From a bacterium (lineage in GTDB: Bacteria; Acidobacteriota; Blastocatellia; HR10): a DNA stretch of 64,000 bases. The notes below the pieces were generated by a model. The model was given only the letters and a program-made list of their open reading frames with translations, was not told the DNA's origin and ran no database searches. The translations under genes and the position numbers were made by a program. The stretch spans positions 1 to 64,000 of the forward strand of contig JBEPZV010000007.1 of NCBI GenBank assembly GCA_041640655.1. The letters are read 5' to 3'. Every line of letters starts with the position of its first letter. The first letter of the stretch is position 1. This document shows, one piece after another, positions 47,691-59,901 of the stretch.

Positions 47691-49250
47691 TCACCTCCCT
47701 GCGGAAGTCCCCGGAACCGCGCGCCGGATCCGACTCCGGTGAACGCTGTAGGAGAAGTAAATCACAAACCCGATCGCCATCCAGATGATCAAGCGTTCCC
47801 ACGTGTGCCAGGGCAATCCAACCATCTGCGCCAGGCAGATCAGGGCTCCGAGGATCGGCACAGCGGGCACCAGGGGCGTGCGGAACGGGCGCGGCACCTC
47901 CGGATTCGTGTAGCGCAAGACGAGCACGCCCATGCAGACGAGCACGAACGCGAGCAACGTCCCGATGCTGACCAGTTCGCCCACGACGTGGATAGGCGAG
48001 AGACCGGCGGCGATCGCCACGCCGAGGCCCGTTACGATCGTCGTGATGTAGGGCGTTCGGAATCGCGGATGCACCTTCGCGAACGTTTGAGGGAGCAATC
48101 CATCACGCGCCATCGTCCAGAAGATGCGCGGCTGCCCGAGCAACATGACCAGGATCACCGAGGTCAGACCACCGATCGCTCCGAGCTTCACAATCGGCGC
48201 CAACCACGTGAGCCCGGTCGCATCAATCCCCACGGCGACCGGGTCCGGGACGAGCAACCGCGAATAATGCACGACGCCCGTCAGCACGCCCGAGACGAGG
48301 ATATAGAGGAGCGTACAGATGGCCAAACTCCCGAGAATCCCGATCGGCATATCTCGTTGCGGATTCTTCGCCTCTTGCGCGGCCGTCGAGACGGCATCGA
48401 AGCCGATATAGGCGAAGAAGATCACGCCCGCGCCGCGCAGGATGCCGCTCCATCCGTACTTGCCGAACTCCCCTTGGTTGGGGGGGATGAATTCGCGCCA
48501 ATTCTCCCGCCACACCTCCGGATGCTGGATCAGATAGGCCAAGCCCGCCACGCAGAAGATCAAGAGGACAGCGATCTTGATCCCGACGATGACATTGTTC
48601 ACGGTGGCCGACTCTCTGATCCCGATGACGAGGATCGCCGTCACCAGGGCGATGACAAAGACGGCCGGCAAGTTGAAGAGCGCCGTCACCTGCGGCAGCG
48701 CGGCGACATCTATCCCCTTCTCCGCCAGATGCCGCGCCAACTCCTCAGTCAGGGTGCGCCATCCCTCGCCCGGCACCTGGACGAGCCGTGTCCCCGTGGC
48801 TGCGGTCAACTGCGGCGGGATCTCGATCCCGAGATCGCGCAGGAAGCTCACGACGTATCCGGACCACCCGATGGCGACCGTGGCCGCGCCGAGCGAATAT
48901 TCCAAGATCAGGTCCCAGCCGATGATCCAAGCGAAGAATTCCCCCATGGTGGCGTACGAATACGTGTAGGCGCTTCCGGCGATGGGGATCATCGAGGCCA
49001 TCTCCGCGTAACACAGTCCCGCGAACGCGCAGCCGATCCCCGCCAGCACGAACGAGAGCACGATCGCCGGACCGGCATACTGTGCCGCCGCGTTCCCGGT
49101 CAAAACGAAGATCCCCGCGCCGATGATGGCTCCGATCCCCAGCGAGACGAGGTTGATTGGCCCCAGGGCCCGCCGCAAACCATGCTCCGCATCGAACGCT
49201 TCGGCTCTCAAAGCTTCGACCGATTTCTTCGCGAAGAGTTGACGCGTCAT
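47691..49250 (-). CDS. Amino acid permease (CAT/YhdG-like)
   Basis: [31 protein letters not shown] and MARDGLLP. Confidence 0.94.
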   Translation of the reverse strand: MTRQLFAKKSVEALRAEAFDAEHGLRRALGPINLVSLGIGAIIGAGIFVLTGNAAAQYAGPAIVLSFVLAGIGCAFAGLCYAEMASMIPIAGSAYTYSYATMGEFFAWIIGWDLILEYSLGAATVAIGWSGYVVSFLRDLGIEIPPQLTAATGTRLVQVPGEGWRTLTEELARHLAEKGIDVAALPQVTALFNLPAVFVIALVTAILVIGIRESATVNNVIVGIKIAVLLIFCVAGLAYLIQHPEVWRENWREFIPPNQGEFGKYGWSGILRGAGVIFFAYIGFDAVSTAAQEAKNPQRDMPIGILGSLAICTLLYILVSGVLTGVVHYSRLLVPDPVAVGIDATGLTWLAPIVKLGAIGGLTSVILVMLLGQPRIFWTMARDGLLPQTFAKVHPRFRTPYITTIVTGLGVAIAAGLSPIHVVGELVSIGTLLAFVLVCMGVLVLRYTNPEVPRPFRTPLVPAVPILGALICLAQMVGLPWHTWERLIIWMAIGFVIYFSYSVHRSRIRRAVPGTSAGR

Positions 49251-49323
49251 GCTCCTTCGCCTCCTCGTGAGATGGCTCCCACGGCTTCGCTCACCTCATC
49301 CCCCTCCCGAGCCGCGAGTGGCG

Positions 49324-49352
49324 ATTATGAGCCGAACGCCCGCGACTGTCAA
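49324..49352 (-). promoter_or_regulatory. sigma70 promoter of the amino-acid transporter operon
   Basis: TTGACA-17 nt-CATAAT on the minus strand. Confidence 0.7.
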
Positions 49353-49376
49353 GCGGCTCCTCGCCAAGGCCGGAAA

Positions 49377-49405
49377 TTGCCGAATGCTTCCGAATGTGAG
49401 ATAAT
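49377..49405 (+). promoter_or_regulatory. sigma70 promoter of ribA
   Basis: TTGCCG-17 nt-GATAAT. Confidence 0.6.
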
Positions 49406-49462
49406 TTCCGCTTCGACGAATGGGGAGGCACGGCGCTTCCGGCAAGATCTGGAGGGAAGAGC

Positions 49463-50104
49463 ATGGCGGGAAACGGAGATCGCCGAATCGCGAGCGAATC
49501 AGCAGCACCGCTCCACATGGAGAAGGTGGCCGAAGCGCGGCTCCCGACTGAGATCGGGGAGTTTCGCGTGCTCGGCTTTCGGGAACGTCAGAGCGGGCGC
49601 GAGTACATCGTGTTGACCAAAGGGGAACTCTCCCCGAATCGTCCCTGCCTGGTCCGCATCCATTCCCAATGCTTGACGGGCGATGTCTTCCACTCGATCA
49701 AATGCGATTGCGGGCAGCAACTGCGCCGCGCCATGGAAGTGATCGAGCAGGAGGGCACCGGTGTCCTCATCTATCAGCAGCAGGAGGGGCGGGGCATCGG
49801 CTTGCTGAACAAGATTCGAGCCTATGCGCTCCAAGATCAAGGGCTCGATACCGTGGAGGCGAATCTGCGGTTGGGCTTCGCCCCGGACGAACGGTCCTAT
49901 GAGGACTGCGTGGCCATCCTGCGCGCGCTCGGCATTCGGCAGATCCGCCTCCTCTCGAATAATCCGCAGAAGATCGCGGCCCTGCGAAAGGCGGGATTAG
50001 CTATCGTGGAGCGCGTACCGCTGGAGGTCGAACCCCGCGAGGAGACGGTGGCCTATCTGCGCGCGAAGAAGGAGAAGCTCGGTCATCTGCTCTCCTCCGT
50101 ATGA
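49463..50104 (+). CDS. ribA: GTP cyclohydrolase II
   Basis: [37 protein letters not shown] and KKEKLGH. Confidence 0.96.
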   Translation: MAGNGDRRIASESAAPLHMEKVAEARLPTEIGEFRVLGFRERQSGREYIVLTKGELSPNRPCLVRIHSQCLTGDVFHSIKCDCGQQLRRAMEVIEQEGTGVLIYQQQEGRGIGLLNKIRAYALQDQGLDTVEANLRLGFAPDERSYEDCVAILRALGIRQIRLLSNNPQKIAALRKAGLAIVERVPLEVEPREETVAYLRAKKEKLGHLLSSV

Positions 50105-50165
50105 TCGCTGAAGCGGACATCGCATGGAGCTCGTTTCGAAGAAGACCATCAAGGAGATGTGGGGA

Positions 50166-51878
50166 ATGAGCGTCATCTCCAGACGCCTTCTTGCGCCTCT
50201 CATCATTCTGGTCCTCACCGTCTTCTCCTCCCCGGCGCAGCGGCGGAACGCTCCGGATCGTCCCCGCTTGATCGTGCTGCTGGTCATTGATCAATTTCGC
50301 GAAGAATACTTGCTTCGGTTCGAGCCCTTCTTCGGCGATCGGGGATTCCGCCGACTCCTCACCTATGGGGCCGTCTTCGTCAACTGTCAGTACGAACATG
50401 CCCCGACGGTGACGGCTCCCGGCCATGCGACGATCGCCACGGGAGCGATGCCCGCCGCGCATGGGATCATCAACAACGAATGGTACGAGCGCGAGACGGG
50501 CCAGGTGGTGACGAGCGTCTCCGATCCCGCCCGACGCGTCATCGGCGCCCCCTCCGGGCGCGCCTCCTCTCCTCACCGATTGATCGGCACGACGCTCGGA
50601 GACGAGTTGCGCCTGAGCACGAACTTCCGATCGAAAGTGATCGCGCTCTCGTATAAGGACCGCTCGGCCATCCTCCTGGGGGGGAAGCTCGCCAATCTCG
50701 CCCTGTGGTTCGACGAATCGAGCGGCGCCTTCATCACGAGCGATTACTATGCGAATGTGCTGCCCGAATGGATCGCGCGCTTCAATGCGACGCGTCCGGC
50801 CGATCGGTACTTCGGCGCGCGGTGGGAGAAATCCTTCCCCGAAGCCGTGTATGCGCTCGCGGCGGCGGACGATCGGCCGGAAGAGACGCCGCTGCCGGGA
50901 GGCGGGCGCACGTTCCCGCATCATCTGACAGGCGGTCTCGCGCAACCTGGACCGGCCTTCTATACGGCGTTCACCTTCACCCCCTTCGCCAATGAGGTGC
51001 TCATCGAGCTGGCGAAGCGCGCGATCGAGAGCGAGCGATTGGGACACGATGAATTCCCCGACCTTCTGGCGATCAGCCTCTCGACGAACGATCTCGTCGG
51101 CCACTCCTTCGGCCCCTACAGCCACGAAGTCGCGGATCTGACGTTGCGGACCGACCAGGTGGTGGCCGCGCTCTTGACCTATCTCGACGCGCGACTCGGC
51201 TCCAACTATATCTTGGCCCTCACGGCCGATCATGGGGTGGCGCCGATTCCCGAAGAGGCCGCTCGCCTGAAGCTCGGCGGTCGGCGCATCTCCCCGGCGG
51301 CCGTGCGTCAAGCCATCGAGGACGCCGTGAGCGCGCGCTTCGGAGAGGGACCGTGGATCGAGCCTCGGGCGCTCCCGCTGCTCTCCAGTGGATTCCTTTA
51401 TCTCAATCGCGAGGCGATCGCTCAGAAGCATCTCGACATTGCCGATGTGGAACGAGTGGCCGGGGAAGCCGCCCTGAAGGTGCCCGGCCTCGCTCGATAT
51501 TACGCGCGAACGCAGCTGCTGGCCGGAGGGGTCCACGAGGACCCCATCAGTCGGCGCGTAGCCGGAAGCTTCCATCCTGGGCGCAGCCCGGACCTCATCC
51601 TCATCCCCGAACCGTTCGCGTTCATCTCCGGCGGTCGGACGGGAACGACGCACGGTTCGCCTTACAGCTATGATGCCCATGTCCCGCTGATCCTCTTCGG
51701 CCGCGGCATCACTCCGGGGATCTACCGGAGCACGTGCACGCCGGCCGATCTGGCGCCGACGCTCGCGGCGGCACTGCGGATCGAATATCCGGCGAACGCG
51801 ACGGGGCGGATTTTGTGGGAAGCGTTGCAGCCCGCAGCTTCTCCCCGCGTCGCCCCCCACTCGATGACCTCGCGATGA
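50166..51878 (+). CDS. Alkaline phosphatase family protein (PafA/PhoK-like, Thr nucleophile)
   Basis: Signal peptide, VIDQFR, TVTAPGHAT, DLVGHSFGP, TADHG and THGSPYSYD. Confidence 0.9.
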   Translation: MSVISRRLLAPLIILVLTVFSSPAQRRNAPDRPRLIVLLVIDQFREEYLLRFEPFFGDRGFRRLLTYGAVFVNCQYEHAPTVTAPGHATIATGAMPAAHGIINNEWYERETGQVVTSVSDPARRVIGAPSGRASSPHRLIGTTLGDELRLSTNFRSKVIALSYKDRSAILLGGKLANLALWFDESSGAFITSDYYANVLPEWIARFNATRPADRYFGARWEKSFPEAVYALAAADDRPEETPLPGGGRTFPHHLTGGLAQPGPAFYTAFTFTPFANEVLIELAKRAIESERLGHDEFPDLLAISLSTNDLVGHSFGPYSHEVADLTLRTDQVVAALLTYLDARLGSNYILALTADHGVAPIPEEAARLKLGGRRISPAAVRQAIEDAVSARFGEGPWIEPRALPLLSSGFLYLNREAIAQKHLDIADVERVAGEAALKVPGLARYYARTQLLAGGVHEDPISRRVAGSFHPGRSPDLILIPEPFAFISGGRTGTTHGSPYSYDAHVPLILFGRGITPGIYRSTCTPADLAPTLAAALRIEYPANATGRILWEALQPAASPRVAPHSMTSR

Positions 51879-51975
51879 GGCGTCGGGCAACTTAAGAAGA
51901 ATGAGCGCCGCGCGTCCGAAGAAGGCGTCTGGGATAAGCTCGCCGGCAGCGTCCTCCTGAGCAGGGAGCGACCGT

Positions 51976-52980
51976 ATGAACCTCATCGGGAAACGCATGC
52001 TCGTCACAGGAGCCACGGGCCTGATCGGGCGGCGGGTGATCGAACGCCTTCTGGAACATGGCGGGGTCTCGATTCGCGCGCTCGTGCGCGATCCGGCGAA
52101 GGCGGAAGGGCTGCGATCGTTGCCGATCGAGATCGCCTTCGGAGACATCACGCATCCGGAGACGTTGCGCGAGGCCGCCACCGGTGCTCACGTCATCATT
52201 CACTGCGCCGCTCGCGTCACTGAGCGCGGGCGTTGGGAGGAGTTCTGGCAGAGCAACGTCGAGGGCACGCGCCATGTGCTGGAAGCGGCGGCGCGAAGCG
52301 GCGCCGAGCGCGTCGTGCACCTGAGCAGCGTCGCCGTCTACGGGATCTTCCCCCGGGATGGCACGGATGAATCCTTCCCGTATCAGCCCTGCGGGAACGC
52401 CTATTGCGATACGAAGATCGAAGCGGAGAAGATCGCCTTCGACTACTTCCGTCAGCGCGGCGTGCCCCTGGTCGTCCTCCGACCGGGGATCGTCTATGGC
52501 CCGCGCTCGCAACATTGGACGATCCGCATCATCGAGCTGCTGAAGGCGAATCGCCTATTCCTGCTGGGTCGCGCCGACGGCATCTGCAATCACGTCTACG
52601 TGGACAATGTCGTGGATGCGATCCTGCTGGCGCTCGCCAACGATGCGGTCCTCGGCGAGGCGTTCATCATCACGGATGGGCGGGCGACGACCTGGAGGGA
52701 ATTCTTCGGCCACTATGCGCGGATGCTCGGTCGGGAGGCCGTGCCGCAGCTTCCGGCGGCGCCGGCGAAGCTCCTTTTGCACCTGGCCGGATGGGCCTTT
52801 CGCGCGCGCGGTCGCACGCCACCGCTCAGCCCGAAGGTGGTGGATTATCTGCAGCACCGCGCCGCGTTCCGGATCGAGAAAGCAAAGGCGCGCCTCGGCT
52901 ACGTCCCCCGCATCTCGCTCGAGGAGGGGATGCGCCGCACGGAGGCGTGGTTGCGGGAGGCCGGATACTTGCGCCCATGA
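51976..52980 (+). CDS. NAD-dependent epimerase/dehydratase (extended SDR)
   Basis: TGATGLIG, HLSSVAVYG, YCDTK (YxxxK) and RPGIVYGP. Confidence 0.9.
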   Translation: MNLIGKRMLVTGATGLIGRRVIERLLEHGGVSIRALVRDPAKAEGLRSLPIEIAFGDITHPETLREAATGAHVIIHCAARVTERGRWEEFWQSNVEGTRHVLEAAARSGAERVVHLSSVAVYGIFPRDGTDESFPYQPCGNAYCDTKIEAEKIAFDYFRQRGVPLVVLRPGIVYGPRSQHWTIRIIELLKANRLFLLGRADGICNHVYVDNVVDAILLALANDAVLGEAFIITDGRATTWREFFGHYARMLGREAVPQLPAAPAKLLLHLAGWAFRARGRTPPLSPKVVDYLQHRAAFRIEKAKARLGYVPRISLEEGMRRTEAWLREAGYLRP

Positions 52981-53429
52981 AGTTCGTCGTGGACGTCATG
53001 CTCGGTCGCCTCGCGCGTTGGCTTCGGCTTCTGGGCTTCGACGTCGTCTATCGCCCCGACGCGAGCGACGAGCAGCTCATCGCGATCGCGGAGGCCGAAG
53101 AGCGCACGCTCCTCACCAAGGACGCGCGCTTGCTCCGCGACTGTCGGGTCAATGGCTATCTGGTCAAGAGCGCGCGATGGGAGGATCAGCTTCGGGAAGT
53201 CCTCGCCGAATTCCACCTGCGCGATCTCATCCGCGCTTTCACCCGCTGCCCGGAATGCAACGCCCTGCTGGTCGCTGTGGAGAAAGAGGCCGTGCGCTCG
53301 CGCCTTCCCCAGAACGTGTATGAGGAGCAAACGGACGTGCACCTCTGCCCGGGTTGCTCCCGCCTCTACTGGGCGGGGACGCATGTGGAGCGGATGAGCC
53401 GAAAGATCGAAGAACTGCTCGGTGAATGA
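52977..53429 (+). CDS. Mut7-C RNase (PIN) domain protein with Zn ribbon
   Basis: DVMLGRLARWLRLLGFD, RCPECN and CPGCSRLYWAGTH; ATGA overlap with the SDR gene. Confidence 0.92.
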   Translation: MKFVVDVMLGRLARWLRLLGFDVVYRPDASDEQLIAIAEAEERTLLTKDARLLRDCRVNGYLVKSARWEDQLREVLAEFHLRDLIRAFTRCPECNALLVAVEKEAVRSRLPQNVYEEQTDVHLCPGCSRLYWAGTHVERMSRKIEELLGE

Positions 53430-53551
53430 CATCGGGCCAACTCGTTTCTTGCCCGCTCGGCGACCGTTTGATAGAGTGTATGCCGAATGAGTGAGGCGAT
53501 GGAGCTCCCCTCCTCGGCGCAGAGGGAGGGGGCCTCCGAAGGAGGCGGGCG

Positions 53552-53757
53552 ATGCCGATGTACGAGTACGTTTGCGAGAAGTGCGGCGAGAAGTTCGAGA
53601 AGCTGGTGCTCTCGCCCGCGACGCGGATCGTCTGTCCGCGATGCGGGAGCACGGCGTGCGAGCGGGTCTACTCTTCGTTCGCTCTGAGCGCTACGCGCAA
53701 GACCATCGCGAGCTTCCGCTCCGCGGGCGGATGCGGCTGCGCGGCCGGAGGATGCGC

Positions 53758-53773
<16 letters not shown>
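53552..53773 (+). CDS. FmdB family zinc-ribbon protein
   Basis: [12 protein letters not shown]...CPRCGS with a Cys-rich tail; SD AAGGAGG. Confidence 0.9.
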
Positions 53774-55320
<1,547 letters not shown>

Positions 55321-55363
55321 GCGCGCGCCGGTGCCCCGGCGATCCCACAGGAGGAAAGGCGTC

Positions 55364-55876
55364 ATGAGCGAGGAAGCGCATCTCTCACCGATCAACGAAT
55401 GGGTGGAGCGACTGCAGAGCGTTCTCCCCGCCTATCGAGGGTACACCGATCACGCCTCTCGTCGGGAGCAAGATGCCCTCTACCGGCAGTACTTGAGCGA
55501 GCGGCTCGGCGAAGTGCTCGAGCCGCTTGAGCAGCTCATCGGCGAGTGGACTCGGGCCGGGCAGTTCATCGAAGTCCTGCCCCTGGAGCGCGTCCGCGAG
55601 AAGGTGCGCGCGCTGCTGCACGATCTCGGAGCGCCTGATTATGGGGCGACCGCCTTCTTCACCGAGCGCCCGGTGAACGAAGCCATGCTCGATCTGCTCT
55701 ATCAGTACGAAGTGGTGCTCCAGGAACAGGTGCGCGCCGTACAGGTCCAGCTCGAGAGGCTGCGCACGGAGCCGCCGGAGGATTTCCTCTCGGCGGCCGA
55801 GCGGCTGGAGGCGACCGTGCTCGCGCTGGAGGCCGAGTTCAAGGGGCGCTGCGAGATGATTCGCCAGTGGGGCTGA
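55364..55876 (+). CDS. Alpha-helical hypothetical protein
   Basis: SD GGAGGAAAGG; LPAYRGY...RREQD and DYGATAFF motifs; 3 nt before the ABC ATPase. Confidence 0.75.
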   Translation: MSEEAHLSPINEWVERLQSVLPAYRGYTDHASRREQDALYRQYLSERLGEVLEPLEQLIGEWTRAGQFIEVLPLERVREKVRALLHDLGAPDYGATAFFTERPVNEAMLDLLYQYEVVLQEQVRAVQVQLERLRTEPPEDFLSAAERLEATVLALEAEFKGRCEMIRQWG

Positions 55877-55879
55877 CCG

Positions 55880-56845
55880 ATGATCACGACCAGAGAGCTG
55901 ACGAAGGTCTACGACGGGACAGTCGCAGTCGAAGCCCTCACGATGGAGATTCGATCTGGGGAGATCTTCGGCCTGCTCGGGCCCAACGGCGCGGGGAAGA
56001 CGACGACCGTGCGCATGCTCGCCGCGCTCATCTCCCCCACATCGGGGGAGGCCCTCATCGAGGGGTATCGCGTGGGGGAGCAGGATGCGGCGATCCGACG
56101 CCTGGTCGGGATCGTGACCGAGGCGCCGGGTCTCTACGAGCGATTGAGCGCGCGAGAGAATTTGGAGATCTACGCCAAGCTCTATGGCGTCTCGAACGTC
56201 GCTCGACAGGTCGAGAAGTACCTGCGCCTGCTCGAGCTCTGGGATCGGCGAGATGATCCCGTCGGGACGTTCTCCAAGGGCATGAAGCAGAAATTGGCCT
56301 TGGCCCGCGCCCTCGTGCACGAGCCGAAGGTCCTGCTTCTGGATGAGCCGACCTCGGGGCTGGATCCGCAGATGACCAAAGTCGTGCGCGAGTTCATCGC
56401 CGATCTCAAGGGACAAGGGCGAACCATCCTCCTCTGCACGCACAACCTGGACGAGGCCGAGCGCTTGTGCGATCGCATCCTCGTCCTGAAGACGCGCCCG
56501 ATCGCTCTGGATACCCCCCAAGCCCTGCGCCGTCGGCTCTTCGGACGGCGCATCATCGTCACGTTGGAGGCTGTGACCGACCGCATCCTGGAGCGCGTGC
56601 GCGCCCTCGATTTTGTGCTCGACGTGCAGCAGGAGGATCGGCGGCTCCTGATCGCGCTCTCGGATCCGGAGCGGCAAAACCCCATCCTCGTGCGCGCGCT
56701 CGTCGAGGTCGGAGCCGCCATCCGCTTCCTCACCGAGGAGGAACATTCGCTGGAGGAGATCTATCTCCGGCTGATCGAGGAGGAAGGAGGGACGTCCGCT
56801 CTCCCCTCTGCCTCCGATCGAGCAGAAGCGTCGTTGGCCAGGTGA
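55880..56845 (+). CDS. ABC transporter ATP-binding protein
   Basis: Walker A GPNGAGKTT, signature FSKGMKQ and Walker B LLLDEP. Confidence 0.96.
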   Translation: MITTRELTKVYDGTVAVEALTMEIRSGEIFGLLGPNGAGKTTTVRMLAALISPTSGEALIEGYRVGEQDAAIRRLVGIVTEAPGLYERLSARENLEIYAKLYGVSNVARQVEKYLRLLELWDRRDDPVGTFSKGMKQKLALARALVHEPKVLLLDEPTSGLDPQMTKVVREFIADLKGQGRTILLCTHNLDEAERLCDRILVLKTRPIALDTPQALRRRLFGRRIIVTLEAVTDRILERVRALDFVLDVQQEDRRLLIALSDPERQNPILVRALVEVGAAIRFLTEEEHSLEEIYLRLIEEEGGTSALPSASDRAEASLAR

Positions 56846-56849
56846 GCCC

Positions 56850-57653
56850 ATGTCTCCCATCCTCGTCATCCTGCAGAAAGAATGGGCCGATCTCCGACGG
56901 CATCGCCTGCTCATGCTCTCGATGGTGGCGCCGGCCGTGGTCTTCCTCCTCCTCCCGTTCGCCCTGGTCATCCTCGTCCCCCTGCTTGATCCCTCAGGGT
57001 GGAACGATCGCAACGTCCAGCGCATGGCGGAGCTGCTGGGCCGCGCCGAACCCGACCTGAGGCGCGTGGATCCGCTGTTGGTCTTCCACATCTACCTCTT
57101 TCGGCAGTTCACCCTCATGTTCCTGCTCATCCCAATTCTGGGCGCGCTCTCCATCGCGACCTACAGCATTGTGGGGGAGAAGCAGAATCGCACGCTCGAG
57201 CCGCTGCTGGCGACGCCCATCCGGACGACGGAGTTGCTGTGGGGGAAGAGCCTGGCGGCCGCACTTCCGGCCACGCTGTTGACCTGGATCACCTTCGGGC
57301 TCTATGTGCTCCTGATGCGCGCGCTGAGCCCCGCGGAGGTGCTCTCTCACGTGGTGAATCCCGTCGGGCTCAGCCTCATCTTCCTCATCGGCCCACTGGT
57401 CGCCATCCTGAGCCTGGGACTTGGGGTGATCGTCTCCTCGCGCGCGAAAGACCCGCGCACGGCGCAACAGATCGGTGTTCTCTTGATCCTGCCGATCATG
57501 GCGCTCTTCATCATGCAGATGCGCGGCTTCTTCCTGCTCCGCGCCCGGTGGGTGTGGTTGGGAGCGGCCGTGTTGCTCGCCCTTGACGTGATCGTCTTGA
57601 GGATCGGCGCTCGCCTCTTCCAGCGAGAGACGATCCTCACCCGCTGGACGTGA
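56850..57653 (+). CDS. ABC-2 type transporter permease
   Basis: About 6 TM segments and SIVGEKQNRTLEPLLATP...GK. Confidence 0.92.
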   Translation: MSPILVILQKEWADLRRHRLLMLSMVAPAVVFLLLPFALVILVPLLDPSGWNDRNVQRMAELLGRAEPDLRRVDPLLVFHIYLFRQFTLMFLLIPILGALSIATYSIVGEKQNRTLEPLLATPIRTTELLWGKSLAAALPATLLTWITFGLYVLLMRALSPAEVLSHVVNPVGLSLIFLIGPLVAILSLGLGVIVSSRAKDPRTAQQIGVLLILPIMALFIMQMRGFFLLRARWVWLGAAVLLALDVIVLRIGARLFQRETILTRWT

Positions 57654-57669
57654 GGCCGAAGCGGCGCCC

Positions 57670-58104
57670 CTATCGCGCGAGCGCGCGCAGGTAGTTCACC
57701 AGATGCCAGATCTCCTCCTTGCTCAACGTCTTCTCAAAATCGGGCATCGGCGGATTGCCCTTCGAGATCTTCCAGAACAGCTCCCCGTCGCTCTGCGACG
57801 CCATCCGCGCGCGGTCGGTCAAGTCGGCCGGCTTCGTCTCCAGGGCTTCCGCCATGGGGCCGTCGCCCTTGCCCCCATCGCCATGACACATGGCACAATG
57901 CTCGGCGAAGAGGCGCTTCCCCTTCTGGATCGAAGCGGCTGTGGCTCGGATCGGATTCTTCATCTTCTTCGCCGACTCAGGCACATTCCAGCGGTCTTGC
58001 GCCGAGGCCCTTCGAGGAGCCCACACGTCACTCCCTCCTTCCAGAACGAGAACAAGAAGCAGGGTCACTCCACAGAACCATCGGACACGATGTCTTCCCC
58101 TCAT
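57670..58104 (-). CDS. Monoheme cytochrome c
   Basis: Signal peptide, CAMCH, SDGELFWKI and distal Met in PPMP. Confidence 0.92.
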   Translation of the reverse strand: MRGRHRVRWFCGVTLLLVLVLEGGSDVWAPRRASAQDRWNVPESAKKMKNPIRATAASIQKGKRLFAEHCAMCHGDGGKGDGPMAEALETKPADLTDRARMASQSDGELFWKISKGNPPMPDFEKTLSKEEIWHLVNYLRALAR

Positions 58105-58117
58105 GGCGATCTTCTCC

Positions 58118-59869
58118 CTACGGGTTTGGCCGCGCCTGCCCAGAGGCATTCATTGTATCGGCCCTCTCGCCGGGCACGCAACGGCGCTGAGACCCTCGGC
58201 CGATGCCCACGCCATCCAAACAACGAACGTTCGGACGTTCCGATACGGGTAACTCGCTGAAGAGCTCCAGGACGGCAGCGTTCGTCCACCCGAAGCCAAT
58301 CTCGTTGGCCGCATACCCGAAACGCAATCCGGCGGCGACGTCCGATTCGCGACGCACGACGTCATACTTCTCGAAGATCGCCCCGTGTTCGAGAAACTCC
58401 TTGAACACCAGAGAGATGAAGTTGATGGCGATGCGATTGGCCGCCGCATGATACCCATATCGGCGAAGTCCCTTCACCGCGATCACCTGCATCGGAGCCC
58501 ATCCGTACGGAGCGTCCCACTGATTGCCTGTCACCTGAGTGCTCGTTTGTATCCCCCCCGCCCGCTCAAAGAGCGGGAGATTCGCGACGACGCGCGCCGC
58601 TTGTCGCGGCGTGGCGATTCCCGCCCAGAGAGGGAAGAACGTCGTGACGAAGGGATACGCGCGCCGCTTCCGCGTCACGAAGTTGTAGTCGAAGTAGAGA
58701 CCCGCTTCTTCGTCCCAGAGCCACCGATTGATCCGAGCCCGACGCAGGCGCGCCCGGCGCTCCCACACACGCGCCTCTGCAGAACGCCCCAACTCCCGGA
58801 GAATGCGCGCCACGTCCCGCTCCATCACATACAGCAGCGAGTTCAAGCACACGGGATTGTAGAAAAGGACGCCGGCATTGAACGGCCCGAAACGGTTCGA
58901 GGGATCAAACCCCGATTCGCGCATCGAACGATCGGCGATGTAGAAGAGATCGGTGAGCCGATCGGTCTCCGGATCATAGAAGAGGGACACGTCGTAATCC
59001 GTCACCCGATGCCGGCGGTAGTGCTCCCGGACGCGATCGTAGTGTGTCCGCCCCTGCGCGTCGCGTTCGTGCGCGAGCACTTCGGGAGCCGGTCCCTGAC
59101 CCGAATCGTAGTAGCGTGACAGCCCCGTCTCCGACACCCCGTGCGGCGGCTCGGTCCAGTAACGGTAATACGCCTCCAGCGCCGGGATCGTCTTCGCCAA
59201 CCACCTCCGGTCTCTCGTGCGCTCATAGACGTCGAGGATCATCCGGCTGAGAAAAGGCGGCTGCGAGCGCGTCAGGTAATACGTGCGGTTGGCATTGAGA
59301 ACCTTCCCATAGTGCTCGATCTCGTAGAGAAAATTCTCCACCAGGCTTCGGGCCAGCTCGATCTCCCCTTCGCGCAAGAGACCAAGGGCAATGAAGTAAC
59401 TGTCCCAACCGTACATCTCGTTGAAGCGACCGCCCGGCACAACATAGGGATGGGGGAGATAGAGCAAGCCATGCTCCCGAATCGCCATGGGATCATCGGG
59501 CAAGCGCCGCCATTCGATCCGCGCGAGCTCCTCTTGGGAAAGGAGCTCGCGCACGCGAGCCTCCAGCGCTGCCCTCTCCTCCTTCGGGGAGACGTAGATG
59601 AGCCACTTCCCAGCCGGAGGGGGGAACTTCGGATCCTCGGCCGCACGCGCCAGGTCGCGTGGCGTGCGTTGAAGGATACGCCAACTCCGCCGGATGTATT
59701 CGCGGAAGTGCCGCCACTGGGCCTCACTCGCCTTGCGGGAGGCCGCCGGACGAACCTGCGCGAAGAACGAGACGGCCGACAGCGGGGATTGCAGAAGGAG
59801 GCTGAACAGACAAAGGATCAGACCCTTTCGACCGCTGCTCCACACCTCGCGCCCGACGTCTCGGCCCAT
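58118..59869 (-). CDS. Secreted alpha,alpha-trehalase (GH37)
   Basis: YVVPGGRFNEMYGWDSY, TRSQPP, RESGFD, QWDAPYGWAP, EKYD and GFGWTN. Confidence 0.95.
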   Translation of the reverse strand: MGRDVGREVWSSGRKGLILCLFSLLLQSPLSAVSFFAQVRPAASRKASEAQWRHFREYIRRSWRILQRTPRDLARAAEDPKFPPPAGKWLIYVSPKEERAALEARVRELLSQEELARIEWRRLPDDPMAIREHGLLYLPHPYVVPGGRFNEMYGWDSYFIALGLLREGEIELARSLVENFLYEIEHYGKVLNANRTYYLTRSQPPFLSRMILDVYERTRDRRWLAKTIPALEAYYRYWTEPPHGVSETGLSRYYDSGQGPAPEVLAHERDAQGRTHYDRVREHYRRHRVTDYDVSLFYDPETDRLTDLFYIADRSMRESGFDPSNRFGPFNAGVLFYNPVCLNSLLYVMERDVARILRELGRSAEARVWERRARLRRARINRWLWDEEAGLYFDYNFVTRKRRAYPFVTTFFPLWAGIATPRQAARVVANLPLFERAGGIQTSTQVTGNQWDAPYGWAPMQVIAVKGLRRYGYHAAANRIAINFISLVFKEFLEHGAIFEKYDVVRRESDVAAGLRFGYAANEIGFGWTNAAVLELFSELPVSERPNVRCLDGVGIGRGSQRRCVPGERADTMNASGQARPNP

Positions 59870-59901
59870 CCCGTCTCCCTCCTTCTCTTCCAGCGAGCGA
59901 T

